Assembly (NCBI GenBank): GCA_002689385.1
Contig: NZFX01000015.1
Coordinates: 5,847 to 69,846 of the forward strand
Length of the DNA: 64,000 nt
Origin: Phycisphaerae bacterium
GTDB taxonomy: Bacteria > Planctomycetota > Phycisphaerae > Phycisphaerales > SM1A02
Reading direction: 5' to 3'
Numbering within the stretch: position 1 is the stretch's first letter; every line of letters begins with the position of its first letter. The position numbers and the translations under genes were made by a program. The notes under the pieces were generated by a model. It had not been told where the DNA came from, searched no databases, and saw only the letters and a program-made list of their open reading frames with translations. Below are positions 1 through 9,242 of this stretch, one piece after another.

Positions 1-750
1 TAAGAAGGAAGGTGTTCTATCAATTGAAACATCAAACGCGTTTGCCACAGCATCATTATCTGTTGCATCAAAGTACACAAAGACGGAAGGATCTTCGCGG
101 TCTTCGTATTCAAGTTCTGCTTCTGCAAGCGCAGTCTCATTTGCAATCGACCAGTGCACTGGTTTTAGTTGCCGATAAACAAGTCCGGTTTCAACGAGGT
201 CTGCAAACACTTCAAGCACAGACGCTTCGTACTTTGGAACCATTGTTAAATATGGATCATCGTAATCAGCAAGTGTGAGTAAGCTTTTCATTTGCCCTGT
301 TTGCAATTTTACGAATTTCGACGCGTATTTTTTACACTCCCGTCGAATGGCAATTCTTCTCGCATCGTCATTGAGTTCTTTCAACTTCTCAATCTTCCCT
401 GATTCAACCAAACTTGTCATAACTTTGTGTTCAATCGGCAGTCCGTGACAATCCCACCCTGGCGTATATGGACATTTTTTACCTGACATGATCTGTGTGC
501 GAACAACAATGTCCTTCAAAACTTTATTGAGCAAGTGCCCCACGTGAATAGACCCGTTCGCGTACGGTGGACCATCGTGAAAAACAAATGGCTCGGCATC
601 TTGACGTGCTTCCTGAACCTTTTTGTAGAGTTTTTCCTTGTCCCAACGCTTTATCGACTGTGGCTCATTTTGTGCAAGGTTCCCCCGCATAGGGAATGTA
701 GTCTTAGGCAGATTCAACGTTTTCTTATAATTTGGTGCTGTTTGTGTCAT
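1..750 (-). CDS. ileS: isoleucyl-tRNA synthetase, N-terminal 250 codons (gene runs off window start)
   Basis: Not in ORF track because no stop lies in the window. My reverse-strand translation from ATG at 748-750 gives MTQTAPNYKKTLNLPKTTFPMRGNLAQNEPQSIKRWDKEKLY...FVFHDGPPYANGSIHVGHLLNKVLKD...PGWDCHGLPIE. This is the classic IleRS N-terminus with the HIGH-type motif (HVGH). Confidence 0.9.
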   Translation of the reverse strand, partial: MTQTAPNYKKTLNLPKTTFPMRGNLAQNEPQSIKRWDKEKLYKKVQEARQDAEPFVFHDGPPYANGSIHVGHLLNKVLKDIVVRTQIMSGKKCPYTPGWDCHGLPIEHKVMTSLVESGKIEKLKELNDDARRIAIRRECKKYASKFVKLQTGQMKSLLTLADYDDPYLTMVPKYEASVLEVFADLVETGLVYRQLKPVHWSIANETALAEAELEYEDREDPSVFVYFDATDNDAVANAFDVSIDRTPSFL

Positions 751-761
751 CGTATTTGCTT

Positions 762-1577
762 TTAATGTTCGTGCAGGATACTCGATTCGTCATGATGTTC
801 GTGAGAATCTTCATGCGAATGCAGAGAAGAAATACCCCACGCAATTGCGAGACCTAAAATGAGTGCAAATGTCAAACTGAACCGGTCGTGTCCATGAAAA
901 TGCAATTCCGGAAGCAAGTCACTCAAAGAAATACAAAGGAACATGCCCGCTGAAAACGCAAGCGCTGCCGCGATTGCAGAGTTGCTCACATCCCCGCCAA
1001 GCTGAAACAACAACACCCCAATAGGCACGCTTAAAGAAAACAACACGTTTACAAAATGCGCCTTTTTCTTTGCAACATGCGCAACCCGCATCATCGCAAT
1101 AAGTGTCAAGCCATCAAATGGCTTATGCAAAACAATAGCAATAAAAACACCAAATGCGACTTCCATCCCGCCTGCGCTCCATGCAGCGGATAGCGCAATG
1201 CCAGCAAGAATGCTATGCAAGGTTAAACCGCCGTATGTGCCGATCCATGTCAGTTGATGTTCGTGCCCACAGGCGTGCTTTTCGTCATGTCCAGTTTCCG
1301 CAATGTCGTGACAATGCGAGGGTAAAAAACGTTCGAGTAAAAAAATTGCGAGGAACCCGCCAAGTAACCAAAGCATAACTGTTTTTGTTTCACCGTACGC
1401 AAGTGCTTCCGGCAGCAAATCAAGCACTGCAACGCCTGCCATTACCCCGCCAATGCAACTCATTGCCAACTGGATTCGACGATGCGTTGGTTTGATAAGC
1501 ATAGGCACAACGCCACCAAGAAGCGATGCCACGATAATAAGGATGCAAAAGAGAGTGAGCATATGCAAGATTTCCAT
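762..1577 (-). CDS. ZIP-family divalent metal (zinc) transporter
   Basis: 271 aa polytopic membrane protein with His-rich loop (HCHDIAETGHDEKHACGHEH), HKPFDG motif and His-rich C-terminus, typical of ZupT/ZIP permeases. Confidence 0.75.
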   Translation of the reverse strand: MEILHMLTLFCILIIVASLLGGVVPMLIKPTHRRIQLAMSCIGGVMAGVAVLDLLPEALAYGETKTVMLWLLGGFLAIFLLERFLPSHCHDIAETGHDEKHACGHEHQLTWIGTYGGLTLHSILAGIALSAAWSAGGMEVAFGVFIAIVLHKPFDGLTLIAMMRVAHVAKKKAHFVNVLFSLSVPIGVLLFQLGGDVSNSAIAAALAFSAGMFLCISLSDLLPELHFHGHDRFSLTFALILGLAIAWGISSLHSHEDSHEHHDESSILHEH

Positions 1578-1610
1578 CTAAGAAGCAGTGATTATAGTTA
1601 GAATATAGCC

Positions 1611-4217
1611 ATGAAGCAGTTAACTGCGGGCAAAAAGAAGAGCAAGGCCCCAAACAATCCATGGTCTACACCCGCGATGCAGCAGTATCGTGCAATGAAA
1701 GAAGCACACCCAGAGTGTGTGCTCTTCTTTCGCATGGGTGACTTCTATGAAATGTTCGATGAAGATGCTCGTTTAGTTTCTAAATCAATTGGACTAACGC
1801 TCACGCAACGGGGAAACGGGCTCGATATGGCGGGCGTTCCTCACCACGCCGCCGAAGGGTATCTGAGGCGAATGGTTGAACAAGGATTTCGTGTTGCCGT
1901 ATGCGAACAGTTAGAAAATCCTGCCGAAGCTAAAGGAGTTGTCAAACGCGGCGTTACTCGAGTAGTGACACCCGGCACGCTTGTTGATGAATTTTTGCTC
2001 GACGAAACAAAATCAAATTTGCTCGGCGCTTTGCAAAGCAATGGTCAAACCGTCTCTATTGCAGTGACTGAACTTTCAACTGGTACATTTGAGTTACATC
2101 AATGTGCTGTACAAAGGCTCGGTGATACTCTTGAGCGACTTGGCCTTTCTGAAGTGATCATTTCAGAGGACGAAGAACAACTCGCAATAATCGCAACACG
2201 TTTCGGTGTTGCACTTACACGAAGACCTGCTTGGATGTTTCATCCTGATGAGGGCAACGCCATGCTTGCAGAGCAATACGGCGTAACTACCGTTGCGGGT
2301 TTTGGGCTAACCAGTGACGACCCTCGAATCGGTCCGACTGGCGCCTTGCTTGCGTACCTTAAACAAACCCAAGCGAGCGGCGCTGGCTTGCCACACCTTC
2401 GGCCACCCTCTATTGTAAATGATGCATCCATTGTTGCACTCGATGCAACAACCATTCGTTCGCTTGAAATAGAACAAACCATGAAAGGCAATACAACGGA
2501 AGGTTCTTTGCTCTGGGTTATGCAACGGTGCAGCACGGCAATGGGAAAACGATTACTTCGACAATGGCTTTGCGAACCGCTTGCAAACAAAATTGCCATT
2601 GAACAACGGCAAGATGTGGTCTCCCATTTTATCCATGACGAAGAATTGCTTCGAAAAACAAAAACGTTGCTCGACAACGTGCAAGACGTGGCACGAATTG
2701 CCGGTCGTGTTTCAATGGGACGAGTCACACCACGCGATGTTGTTGCACTTGGCGGTTCTATTGTTATCTGCGATGCACTTACGGCGCTTCTTGACTGCCA
2801 AGCCACGCAGCACTTACATTCGGATTTACACGCTGTTTCAAATACACTCGTTCCGCTTGCACAAACTATTCAAACACAATGCATCGATGCGCCCCCAGCA
2901 CATATGCGCGAAGGCGGACTCTTTCAAGATGGGTTTGATCCACAACTTGATGAAGCGAGATTGCTGCAACGTGATGCAGGTGTTTGGCTTTCCAAATACC
3001 AAGCAGAACTTACTGCGTCGACGGGGATTACCACCCTCAAAGTTGGCTACAACAAAGTGTTCGGGTACTACATCGAAGTCACACACGCGCAAACTGGAAA
3101 TGTGCCCGATATATTCACGCGCAAACAAACATTGAAAAATGCAGAGCGGTACATTACGCCTGAGCTTAAAGAATTCGAAAACAAAGTACTAAGCGCAGAA
3201 TCTATAGCAATCGCAAGAGAAAATGTGTTGTTTTCTGAACTCTGCACATTGATTGCATCGCACCTTTCTTCCATTGCACAATTCGCCGACACCATCGCTA
3301 CCGTTGACACACTTGCCAGTTTCGCAGAGACTGCAAAAAAGTTTGGGTACACAAAGCCAACCTTAGTTGAAACACCTACGATTGAGATTAAACATGGCAG
3401 GCACCCCGTGCTTGATCGTTTACTGCAAGAAAACTTTGTCGCCAACGACTGCACGCTCCAAAACGAAACTCTTGCACTAATCACTGGCCCAAACATGGCT
3501 GGCAAGTCGACGTACATTCGCCAGGTTGCATTGCTGACATTGCTTGCGCACACTGGGAGTTATGTGCCTGCAGAGTCTGCAACCATTGGGGTGGTTGACC
3601 GCATCTTCACAAGAGTCGGCGCAAGCGATGAACTGCACGCAGGTCAGTCGACTTTTATGGTTGAGATGGTCGAGACAGCGAATATTCTGAACAACGCAAC
3701 AAAGAATAGCATGATTATTCTTGATGAAATTGGACGTGGAACATCAACGCTCGATGGGCTTTCGCTTGCGTGGGCCATCGCGGAACAACTTGCAGCGCTT
3801 GGTTGTCGAACATTGTTTGCTACGCATTACCACGAGCTTACTTCTTTAGCGGACCGAGATGATTCGATTACTAATCTGCACGTTACTGTGCGCGAGTGGC
3901 AAGATGACATTGTGTTCTTATATGGCATTAAAGAAGGCAGAACCGACCGAAGTTACGGCATCCACGTTGCGAAAATAGCTGGCGTGCCAGAAGATGTCGT
4001 CAAACGCGCGAATGAGTTACTCGAAACATTAACGGTACACACGCAACAAGCAAGCGCGGAGACATCACAACAACCCGTTGCACCACAAATGAGTTTGTTC
4101 ACAGAGTATGTATCTAGCCCAATTGTCGACGAACTCAAAAACATCGATATCAATTCATTATCCCCGATAGAAGCATTCGAACTCCTCCGAGAGTTCAGCG
4201 AACGGGCCTCAAAATAA
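1611..4217 (+). CDS. mutS: DNA mismatch repair protein MutS
   Basis: 868 aa. N-terminal TPAMQQYRAMKEAHPECVLFFRMGDFYEMFDEDA mismatch-binding motif, Walker A TGPNMAGKSTYIRQ, STFMVEM and DEIGRGTST motifs. Confidence 0.97.
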   Translation: MKQLTAGKKKSKAPNNPWSTPAMQQYRAMKEAHPECVLFFRMGDFYEMFDEDARLVSKSIGLTLTQRGNGLDMAGVPHHAAEGYLRRMVEQGFRVAVCEQLENPAEAKGVVKRGVTRVVTPGTLVDEFLLDETKSNLLGALQSNGQTVSIAVTELSTGTFELHQCAVQRLGDTLERLGLSEVIISEDEEQLAIIATRFGVALTRRPAWMFHPDEGNAMLAEQYGVTTVAGFGLTSDDPRIGPTGALLAYLKQTQASGAGLPHLRPPSIVNDASIVALDATTIRSLEIEQTMKGNTTEGSLLWVMQRCSTAMGKRLLRQWLCEPLANKIAIEQRQDVVSHFIHDEELLRKTKTLLDNVQDVARIAGRVSMGRVTPRDVVALGGSIVICDALTALLDCQATQHLHSDLHAVSNTLVPLAQTIQTQCIDAPPAHMREGGLFQDGFDPQLDEARLLQRDAGVWLSKYQAELTASTGITTLKVGYNKVFGYYIEVTHAQTGNVPDIFTRKQTLKNAERYITPELKEFENKVLSAESIAIARENVLFSELCTLIASHLSSIAQFADTIATVDTLASFAETAKKFGYTKPTLVETPTIEIKHGRHPVLDRLLQENFVANDCTLQNETLALITGPNMAGKSTYIRQVALLTLLAHTGSYVPAESATIGVVDRIFTRVGASDELHAGQSTFMVEMVETANILNNATKNSMIILDEIGRGTSTLDGLSLAWAIAEQLAALGCRTLFATHYHELTSLADRDDSITNLHVTVREWQDDIVFLYGIKEGRTDRSYGIHVAKIAGVPEDVVKRANELLETLTVHTQQASAETSQQPVAPQMSLFTEYVSSPIVDELKNIDINSLSPIEAFELLREFSERASK

Positions 4218-4249
4218 TCCCAAATTAAACGACCGGCAGGATTGTTCAA
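4216..4249. repeat. copy 1 of a conserved ~35-nt stem-loop element (aatcc..ttaaacgaccggcaggattgttcaa) at the mutS/thioredoxin-like convergent junction
   Basis: 22/25 identical to 43828-43852, with a shared upstream aatcc that can pair with the internal ggatt. Overlaps the stop codon of the minus-strand gene at the same motif position as copy 2. Confidence 0.6.
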
Positions 4250-4821
4250 TCGCCGTGCTTTTGGCGAAGGCGACCGCTTAATCGAAGTAATAGCTGCACA
4301 CGCTCAAATTCATTCAGCCATTCTTGCAACGTTGCATCGAATTCGTTTTGAGGAATTTCGATACCTGGTATGTCGCATGTATCGCCGAGTTGCCTTGCAG
4401 CAATTGCACGGTATCTCGACAAGGTTCGGTCACCAAAAATACTTACCGGTTCAAAATCTTCTGCCATAAAAAGTACAGTTGGCACGCGATTACCGGCATT
4501 AATTTTTACCATATTCGAGAGTTCCACCGCTTCATCCCGATCAATCCAGCGTAAGTCAATTGCGGGAGAAGCTTCAGCAATCGCCGCAAGCATCGGTCCT
4601 TGCGCTGAACAGTCACCGCACCATACTCCCGAAATAACGAGCACGTGCGTTGTTCGAACGAAGCTTGACAGCAATTCCTTTTGCCTAACAGAAAGTTGAG
4701 CTTGCTCGCCGACAGCATGCCAAGGGGCGGCTTTGGCGCCTGCTTTTTCAAGGTAGTCTGCGTAGGTTACGCCTTGCTCATACCACTTTTGAAGCGTTTC
4801 TTTTGTTATTCCGATTGGCAT
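4246..4821 (-). CDS. thioredoxin-fold protein (WCGDC active-site motif)
   Basis: 191 aa with VISGVWCGDCSAQGP, a CxxC redox motif in thioredoxin-like context. No closer assignment is possible by eye. Confidence 0.65.
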   Translation of the reverse strand: MPIGITKETLQKWYEQGVTYADYLEKAGAKAAPWHAVGEQAQLSVRQKELLSSFVRTTHVLVISGVWCGDCSAQGPMLAAIAEASPAIDLRWIDRDEAVELSNMVKINAGNRVPTVLFMAEDFEPVSIFGDRTLSRYRAIAARQLGDTCDIPGIEIPQNEFDATLQEWLNEFERVQLLLRLSGRLRQKHGD

Positions 4822-4830
4822 AAGAACAGT

Positions 4831-6270
4831 TTACAGTGCGTTTGGCCAAATGACCCAGTCGTTGACAAATTTTTCACTCCAACCCGGTGCACCCTTTTGT
4901 GGAATACCTCCGTCATCATCGAGATCATAGCCAACCGAATAAATTACTGGTTCGCCATGAACCAATTTGATTTTCAATGGCTCTCCATTCCAAGCATCCA
5001 CTACATCAGTGTCTATTAAACTCGATGGCCATGAACCCGTTTTGTTGAACTGTTGCACTGCGAACAACACTGCTAACATTGCATCTCGTCTTGCGCGGGT
5101 ATACTCGCCATGCAGCACCGCGTTTTCAAGTGCAGGCATGAGTAAATGTATTAAAAAGTAGGGGTCTAACGTTGAACTCGATGGATACGCTTCTGTATGA
5201 AGCAATTCTGGCTTTTGCCTCAACACATGGAGTGGCATACCTATAACTGCCTCCATGCTGTCCATTCTCGCTGTGTATTCATCAAGCATCTCTTTTCTTG
5301 AGGGGTGGAAGATATCGGCAAGAGGAGCGAAAAAAGCAGGGACTAGCGATATTTCGCTACGTACATCGGTGACTGATTGTGTATTCGCGTACAACCGTGC
5401 CGCATCAAGTGGAATAATGCTGCCATCGCCATTTCCATCATCGGTATACATCCGTTGCAATAAGTCAAGCATAAAATACCGTTCGCCAGCGAGCCGAATT
5501 GCCATAAAACCATCAAGGCTTCGCAATGCTTGTTCGAGTGCTTTGAATTGTTCATTTGAAAAAAGCGCCGGCGCATGTTCGACAATTTTCCCGATTGTTA
5601 CAAATGTTTGGTTGTAAATGGCAAACGAAAGAAGGTCGTTAAGTAATATGGGATGTTCCCGAAGATGCTTCCCCATTTGCAGCATTGTCATAAGGTCTTG
5701 TAGGCAACGGATTGCGTCCCCTTCATAGGCAGATTGTTTTGCGTCAGCAGCCAGGAGCTGTGCCATATTCCTCATTGGTATGAGTTGTGGCAAAAGGACT
5801 GACAACATAAAACCGTCATCCGGGGTGTCGGCTTGCGTCGCATATGCTTCTGGCCAAAGCTCTTTGTCTTCTTCTTGTATTCGCCCCTTGATGAAATATC
5901 CAAAGCCCTGCTTGGTTGATGCCTGATGCAACAATTCAAGTGTGTTGTCATGGCCATCTATCCATATTGCGTAGTGTTCCCAGCCATCTTGCGAGGGCCA
6001 AACAGGCGTATCATGGTCGTTGTCGTAAAAAACATCCTTTGGCATTTCGTTGAGTCTGAGCGCAATACCTGCTCTGCGATAAAAAACCCACGACCTATCC
6101 TTTGACTGAAGTGCACTTGTGACTTCGTTCACCTTCGCAACATAATCCACGCTGATGGTCGCCACCCGATTCATCGCAACAATAACCCAAATTGCATACG
6201 TCAAAAATAGAACGCAAAAGAATACACCTCCCCAAACAAACACTTTTTTCAACATTTTGCTGCCAATCAT
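4831..6270 (-). CDS. hypothetical N-terminally membrane-anchored protein
   Basis: 479-aa uninterrupted ORF with an N-terminal hydrophobic helix (VFVWGGVFFCVLFLTYAIWVIVA). No recognisable catalytic motif. Confidence 0.55.
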   Translation of the reverse strand: MIGSKMLKKVFVWGGVFFCVLFLTYAIWVIVAMNRVATISVDYVAKVNEVTSALQSKDRSWVFYRRAGIALRLNEMPKDVFYDNDHDTPVWPSQDGWEHYAIWIDGHDNTLELLHQASTKQGFGYFIKGRIQEEDKELWPEAYATQADTPDDGFMLSVLLPQLIPMRNMAQLLAADAKQSAYEGDAIRCLQDLMTMLQMGKHLREHPILLNDLLSFAIYNQTFVTIGKIVEHAPALFSNEQFKALEQALRSLDGFMAIRLAGERYFMLDLLQRMYTDDGNGDGSIIPLDAARLYANTQSVTDVRSEISLVPAFFAPLADIFHPSRKEMLDEYTARMDSMEAVIGMPLHVLRQKPELLHTEAYPSSSTLDPYFLIHLLMPALENAVLHGEYTRARRDAMLAVLFAVQQFNKTGSWPSSLIDTDVVDAWNGEPLKIKLVHGEPVIYSVGYDLDDDGGIPQKGAPGWSEKFVNDWVIWPNAL

Positions 6271-6501
6271 ATGCCAAAGTGTAGCCCATTTATCACAATA
6301 TTTATTGACTTATCGTCAATGTATTCCTCAAAGACTTTTTTGTGTGTTTTTTCCGCGTAAATCTTTCTAGGCAAACGGTTTAAGGTGAAAAGAATAAAAG
6401 TGCACTTGACGACATTTTTCCGCTTTTTATGTTTAGCGCAAACCAATGCATAACAAGCAGTTACAGTATTTTTATACCGAAAAAAGTCTCAGAGGAATTT
6501 T

Positions 6502-7500
6502 TTATTTTTTGGTGAGGGTCCAGGCTTGTTCGAGGACCTCGCGGATACCTTCGCGAGTTGCGCCCGAACACGTGATCACTGGATCGAGTTTTAACTCTGC
6601 AGCAATCAAAGCAATAGTTTCATCGCGTTCATCAGGCATGAGTAGGTCCACCTTGTTCAACACAACAATTTCATCTTTCGAGGCAAGTTCCTTCGAATAC
6701 CGTTCGAGCTCTTCACGAATTGCACGGTAATTTGAAACAGGATCGCTGCCATCTACAGGCATTACGTCAATAAGATGCAACAGCGCACCAGTGCGCTCAA
6801 TATGCTTCAAGAATCGATGCCCAAGCCCCGCACCATCCGCAGCGCCTTCAATCAAGCCTGGTATGTCAGCTACAATAAGACGTCGATTCACATCAAGCTC
6901 AGCGATGCCCAGATGCGGCTGCAATGTTGTAAAAGGATAATCTGCAACCTTAGGCGTTGCGGCTGATATCGAAGAGAGTAATGTTGATTTGCCTGCATTT
7001 GGCAATCCAACCAAACCAATATCAGCAATCAGCTTCAATTCCAACCGGAGAATATGCTCTTCGATTGGCTCGCCATTAGTTGTTTCGCGAGGTGCTTGAT
7101 TGGTCGCTGATTTAAAATGTTCATTTCCCCAACCCCCCTTGCCACCGTTTGCAACTATCAACACTTGGCCTTCTTCAGAAATATCTGCAAGCAACATGCC
7201 GGTATGTTCATCTGTCACAAGTGTGCCTAACGGAACTTTTACCACTTTGTTCTCGCCGTTTGCACCATGCATCTGGCTGCCTTTGCCTTGGATTCCGTGC
7301 CCTGCACGGTAATGTGGGCGATGGGTCAATGGCAACAATGTGCCAACACTCCCATCTCCAACTAAAATCACATCTCCCCCATCACCCCCGTCGCCACCGT
7401 TTGGACCACCTTTTGGAATATACTTTTCCCTACGAAAACTCATACAGCCATCGCCACCCTTGCCACTGCGAACAAATATTCGGGCTCGATCAACTAACAT
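6502..7500 (-). CDS. obg: GTPase Obg/CgtA
   Basis: N-terminal glycine-rich Obg fold (SGKGGDGCMSFRREKYIPKGGPNGGDGGDGGDVIL). G1 GLPNAGKST, G3 DIPGLIEGA, G4 NKVD. Confidence 0.95.
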   Translation of the reverse strand: MLVDRARIFVRSGKGGDGCMSFRREKYIPKGGPNGGDGGDGGDVILVGDGSVGTLLPLTHRPHYRAGHGIQGKGSQMHGANGENKVVKVPLGTLVTDEHTGMLLADISEEGQVLIVANGGKGGWGNEHFKSATNQAPRETTNGEPIEEHILRLELKLIADIGLVGLPNAGKSTLLSSISAATPKVADYPFTTLQPHLGIAELDVNRRLIVADIPGLIEGAADGAGLGHRFLKHIERTGALLHLIDVMPVDGSDPVSNYRAIREELERYSKELASKDEIVVLNKVDLLMPDERDETIALIAAELKLDPVITCSGATREGIREVLEQAWTLTKK

Positions 7501-7527
7501 GCGTTACCTTTAGCTCCGTGCGTGCGC

Positions 7528-7800
7528 TTAGTTCGCTGCAGTAAACTGCGGAACTGCTGCGTCACTTGGAATAATGTCAATATACCGTCCACGGAATCGA
7601 ACCAGACCTGGTTCAAGCGCGAATAGCGTGTCATCATTGCCACGTTTTACTTTATACCCAGCTTTGAACTTTGTTCCACACTGTCGAATAATAATCGAGC
7701 CAGCCTTGGCAGTTTCACCGCTATATAGCTTGATACCACGATATTGCGGGTTTGAATCGCGTCCGTTGTTGGTTGAACCACCACTTTTCTTATGGGCCAC
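7528..7800 (-). CDS. rpmA: 50S ribosomal protein L27
   Basis: [29 protein letters not shown]... is the canonical L27 N-terminus. Lies adjacent to obg as in many bacteria. No rplU is visible upstream. Confidence 0.95.
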   Translation of the reverse strand: MAHKKSGGSTNNGRDSNPQYRGIKLYSGETAKAGSIIIRQCGTKFKAGYKVKRGNDDTLFALEPGLVRFRGRYIDIIPSDAAVPQFTAAN

Positions 7801-7903
7801 AGCATTACTCCTTATAAAATAACCCGCAACTTACGGGAGCCCCGTATTGTATCAAGCCAAATGGCTCGATTCAACCCCTGTACATTTACTTATCAACACA
7901 GAT

Positions 7904-8593
7904 TTAACGAAAAATCCATTTTCGAGTCACAGTATCACCGCCAATGCTGTCTTTTTCATCCGTTGAGAGTCGTAGAGCAGATGTACCACCGTCAACAGGC
8001 CGTTGCGGCAATGGCTTAAGCAAAATTGAATCGTAATTGCCGTCGACGAACCATGAAAACTGCAATACCCGTCGAAGTCGTTTCTTTTCGCCCGTAATCG
8101 GGTGTGTCACTTCAGCAGTGTCACCACTGACGCCACTTGCAAAAACTTGAATTTCACGCAGTGGTTGGTAACCTGGGATATGTTCATCCCCCGCTTTCCA
8201 GACAATAAAGCTGCGAATTGCATATGCATCGCCCTGAAGGAGTGGGCCACTTGCATCGGATGGTGCGACCATTAACGCATCGCCAAAGGTGTCCAAAATC
8301 GACAACTGAACTTGACGAGGCACATTTTCTCCGTCTGAAAGCAACTCGCCACGATCAGTTGCAAGCACAAAATTAGGCGTCCAGTTCCTGTCTTTTTCCG
8401 TTTCATTCGTTACTTCATACACAAGCACCCAATATCCATCGCCTGTCTTCTTATCTCGATAGTATCGAAGGTCGTTTGTATCAAGACGTAACTGCCATCG
8501 TTCTGCTCGGTCTGTGGCTTTTGGATATCCAAAACCTGACTGCACTATCGAGGCGAGGACAATAAAAATAAGTGTTCTAAAAAGTAATCGCAT
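7904..8593 (-). CDS. hypothetical secreted protein
   Basis: 229 aa with signal-peptide-like N-terminus MRLLFRTLIFIVLASIVQSG. No known motif recognised. Confidence 0.5.
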   Translation of the reverse strand: MRLLFRTLIFIVLASIVQSGFGYPKATDRAERWQLRLDTNDLRYYRDKKTGDGYWVLVYEVTNETEKDRNWTPNFVLATDRGELLSDGENVPRQVQLSILDTFGDALMVAPSDASGPLLQGDAYAIRSFIVWKAGDEHIPGYQPLREIQVFASGVSGDTAEVTHPITGEKKRLRRVLQFSWFVDGNYDSILLKPLPQRPVDGGTSALRLSTDEKDSIGGDTVTRKWIFR

Positions 8594-9242
8594 GTGCTTC
8601 TCCTTGGGGGGTATATTCTAGCAGTAGGATGGTCGGAAGTGATGCATCTTGAGAAGTTTTGAGTGCCTAGAAGCGACATTGGGGATGAATTCACCATATA
8701 CACAATCGAATCTGCCAACCAGTGGTAAAAAACTGACTGACCCAAGCGTTTGCTGATGCATGATTTAGAGAAAGACGGGTCCTTACACTTAACGCAAGCC
8801 AAACTGACCAACGAGCAGTCCAACTCCACAGCAGCTCAACAGTAAGCCGCAAGCAAAGTAAGAGTTGCGTGCATGCATGAGGCACAGAACATCACAAAAT
8901 CATCGAACACAAGAATCAGAAAAAAATGGGGAGAGCGATGATTTTAAAGTTGTTCTGAAGTTGTCCACAGTTTGTTGACAATTTCATTTTTTGGTAATTT
9001 TATTTTTTCTCCACTGCACGTTGGACTAGTCATTTACTGCACTTACGTACCAACAGTCGACAGAAACCGACAGGTTTATCATGCGCACCTTCTTTTGTGA
9101 AGCCCACTTTTGCTACCCTCCTCAAATTGCCCAAGGATGGGCACGCCGCTGAGGAAAATTTGGGTGGGAGCGGAAGTCGAACGGAATCTTATTACTTTTC
9201 ACTTTGTTCATCACCGCTTTTTGCGTGATAGGTTTATCGTCC
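8594..9242. other. candidate replication-origin / dnaA promoter region
   Basis: 649-bp gap without a convincing ORF, directly upstream of dnaA. One near-consensus DnaA box TTGTCCACA lies at 8961-8969, followed by an AT-rich tract at 8971-9012 (tttgttgacaatttcattttttggtaattttattttttct). Only one good box was found by eye. Confidence 0.3.

Noticed and set aside
12-765. Plus-strand ORFs 12-278 and 535-765 listed in the track
   Set aside because: They lie antisense to a clear ileS reading frame (HIGH motif and IleRS N-terminus) that the track omits because it has no stop in the window. Their translations are low-complexity and Arg/Leu-rich.
2240-2806. Long antisense or out-of-frame ORFs inside well-supported genes. 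Examples: 2240-2806 in mutS, 9800-10288 in dnaA, 40289-41357 in the protease gene, 47595-48401 in the transglutaminase gene, 63190-63864 in dnaK.
   Set aside because: These are shadow ORFs of strongly supported genes on the opposite strand or in another frame. Ser/Arg/Cys-rich compositions and no motifs.
6304-6320. Inverted repeat ATTGAC-ttatc-GTCAAT 34 nt upstream of the 4831-6270 gene
   Set aside because: This is a single short palindrome in an AT-rich promoter region that also reads as two opposed -35-like TTGAC hexamers. With no second copy or adjacent regulator, it is not enough to call an operator.
8545-8885. Track ORFs 8545-8829 and 8691-8885 in the dnaA upstream region
   Set aside because: They overlap each other and have Cys/Leu/Ser-rich, non-protein-like sequence with no SD or motif. 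The region is better treated as non-coding (promoter, 5' UTR or origin candidate). I also saw no tRNA, tmRNA or SRP RNA signature there.
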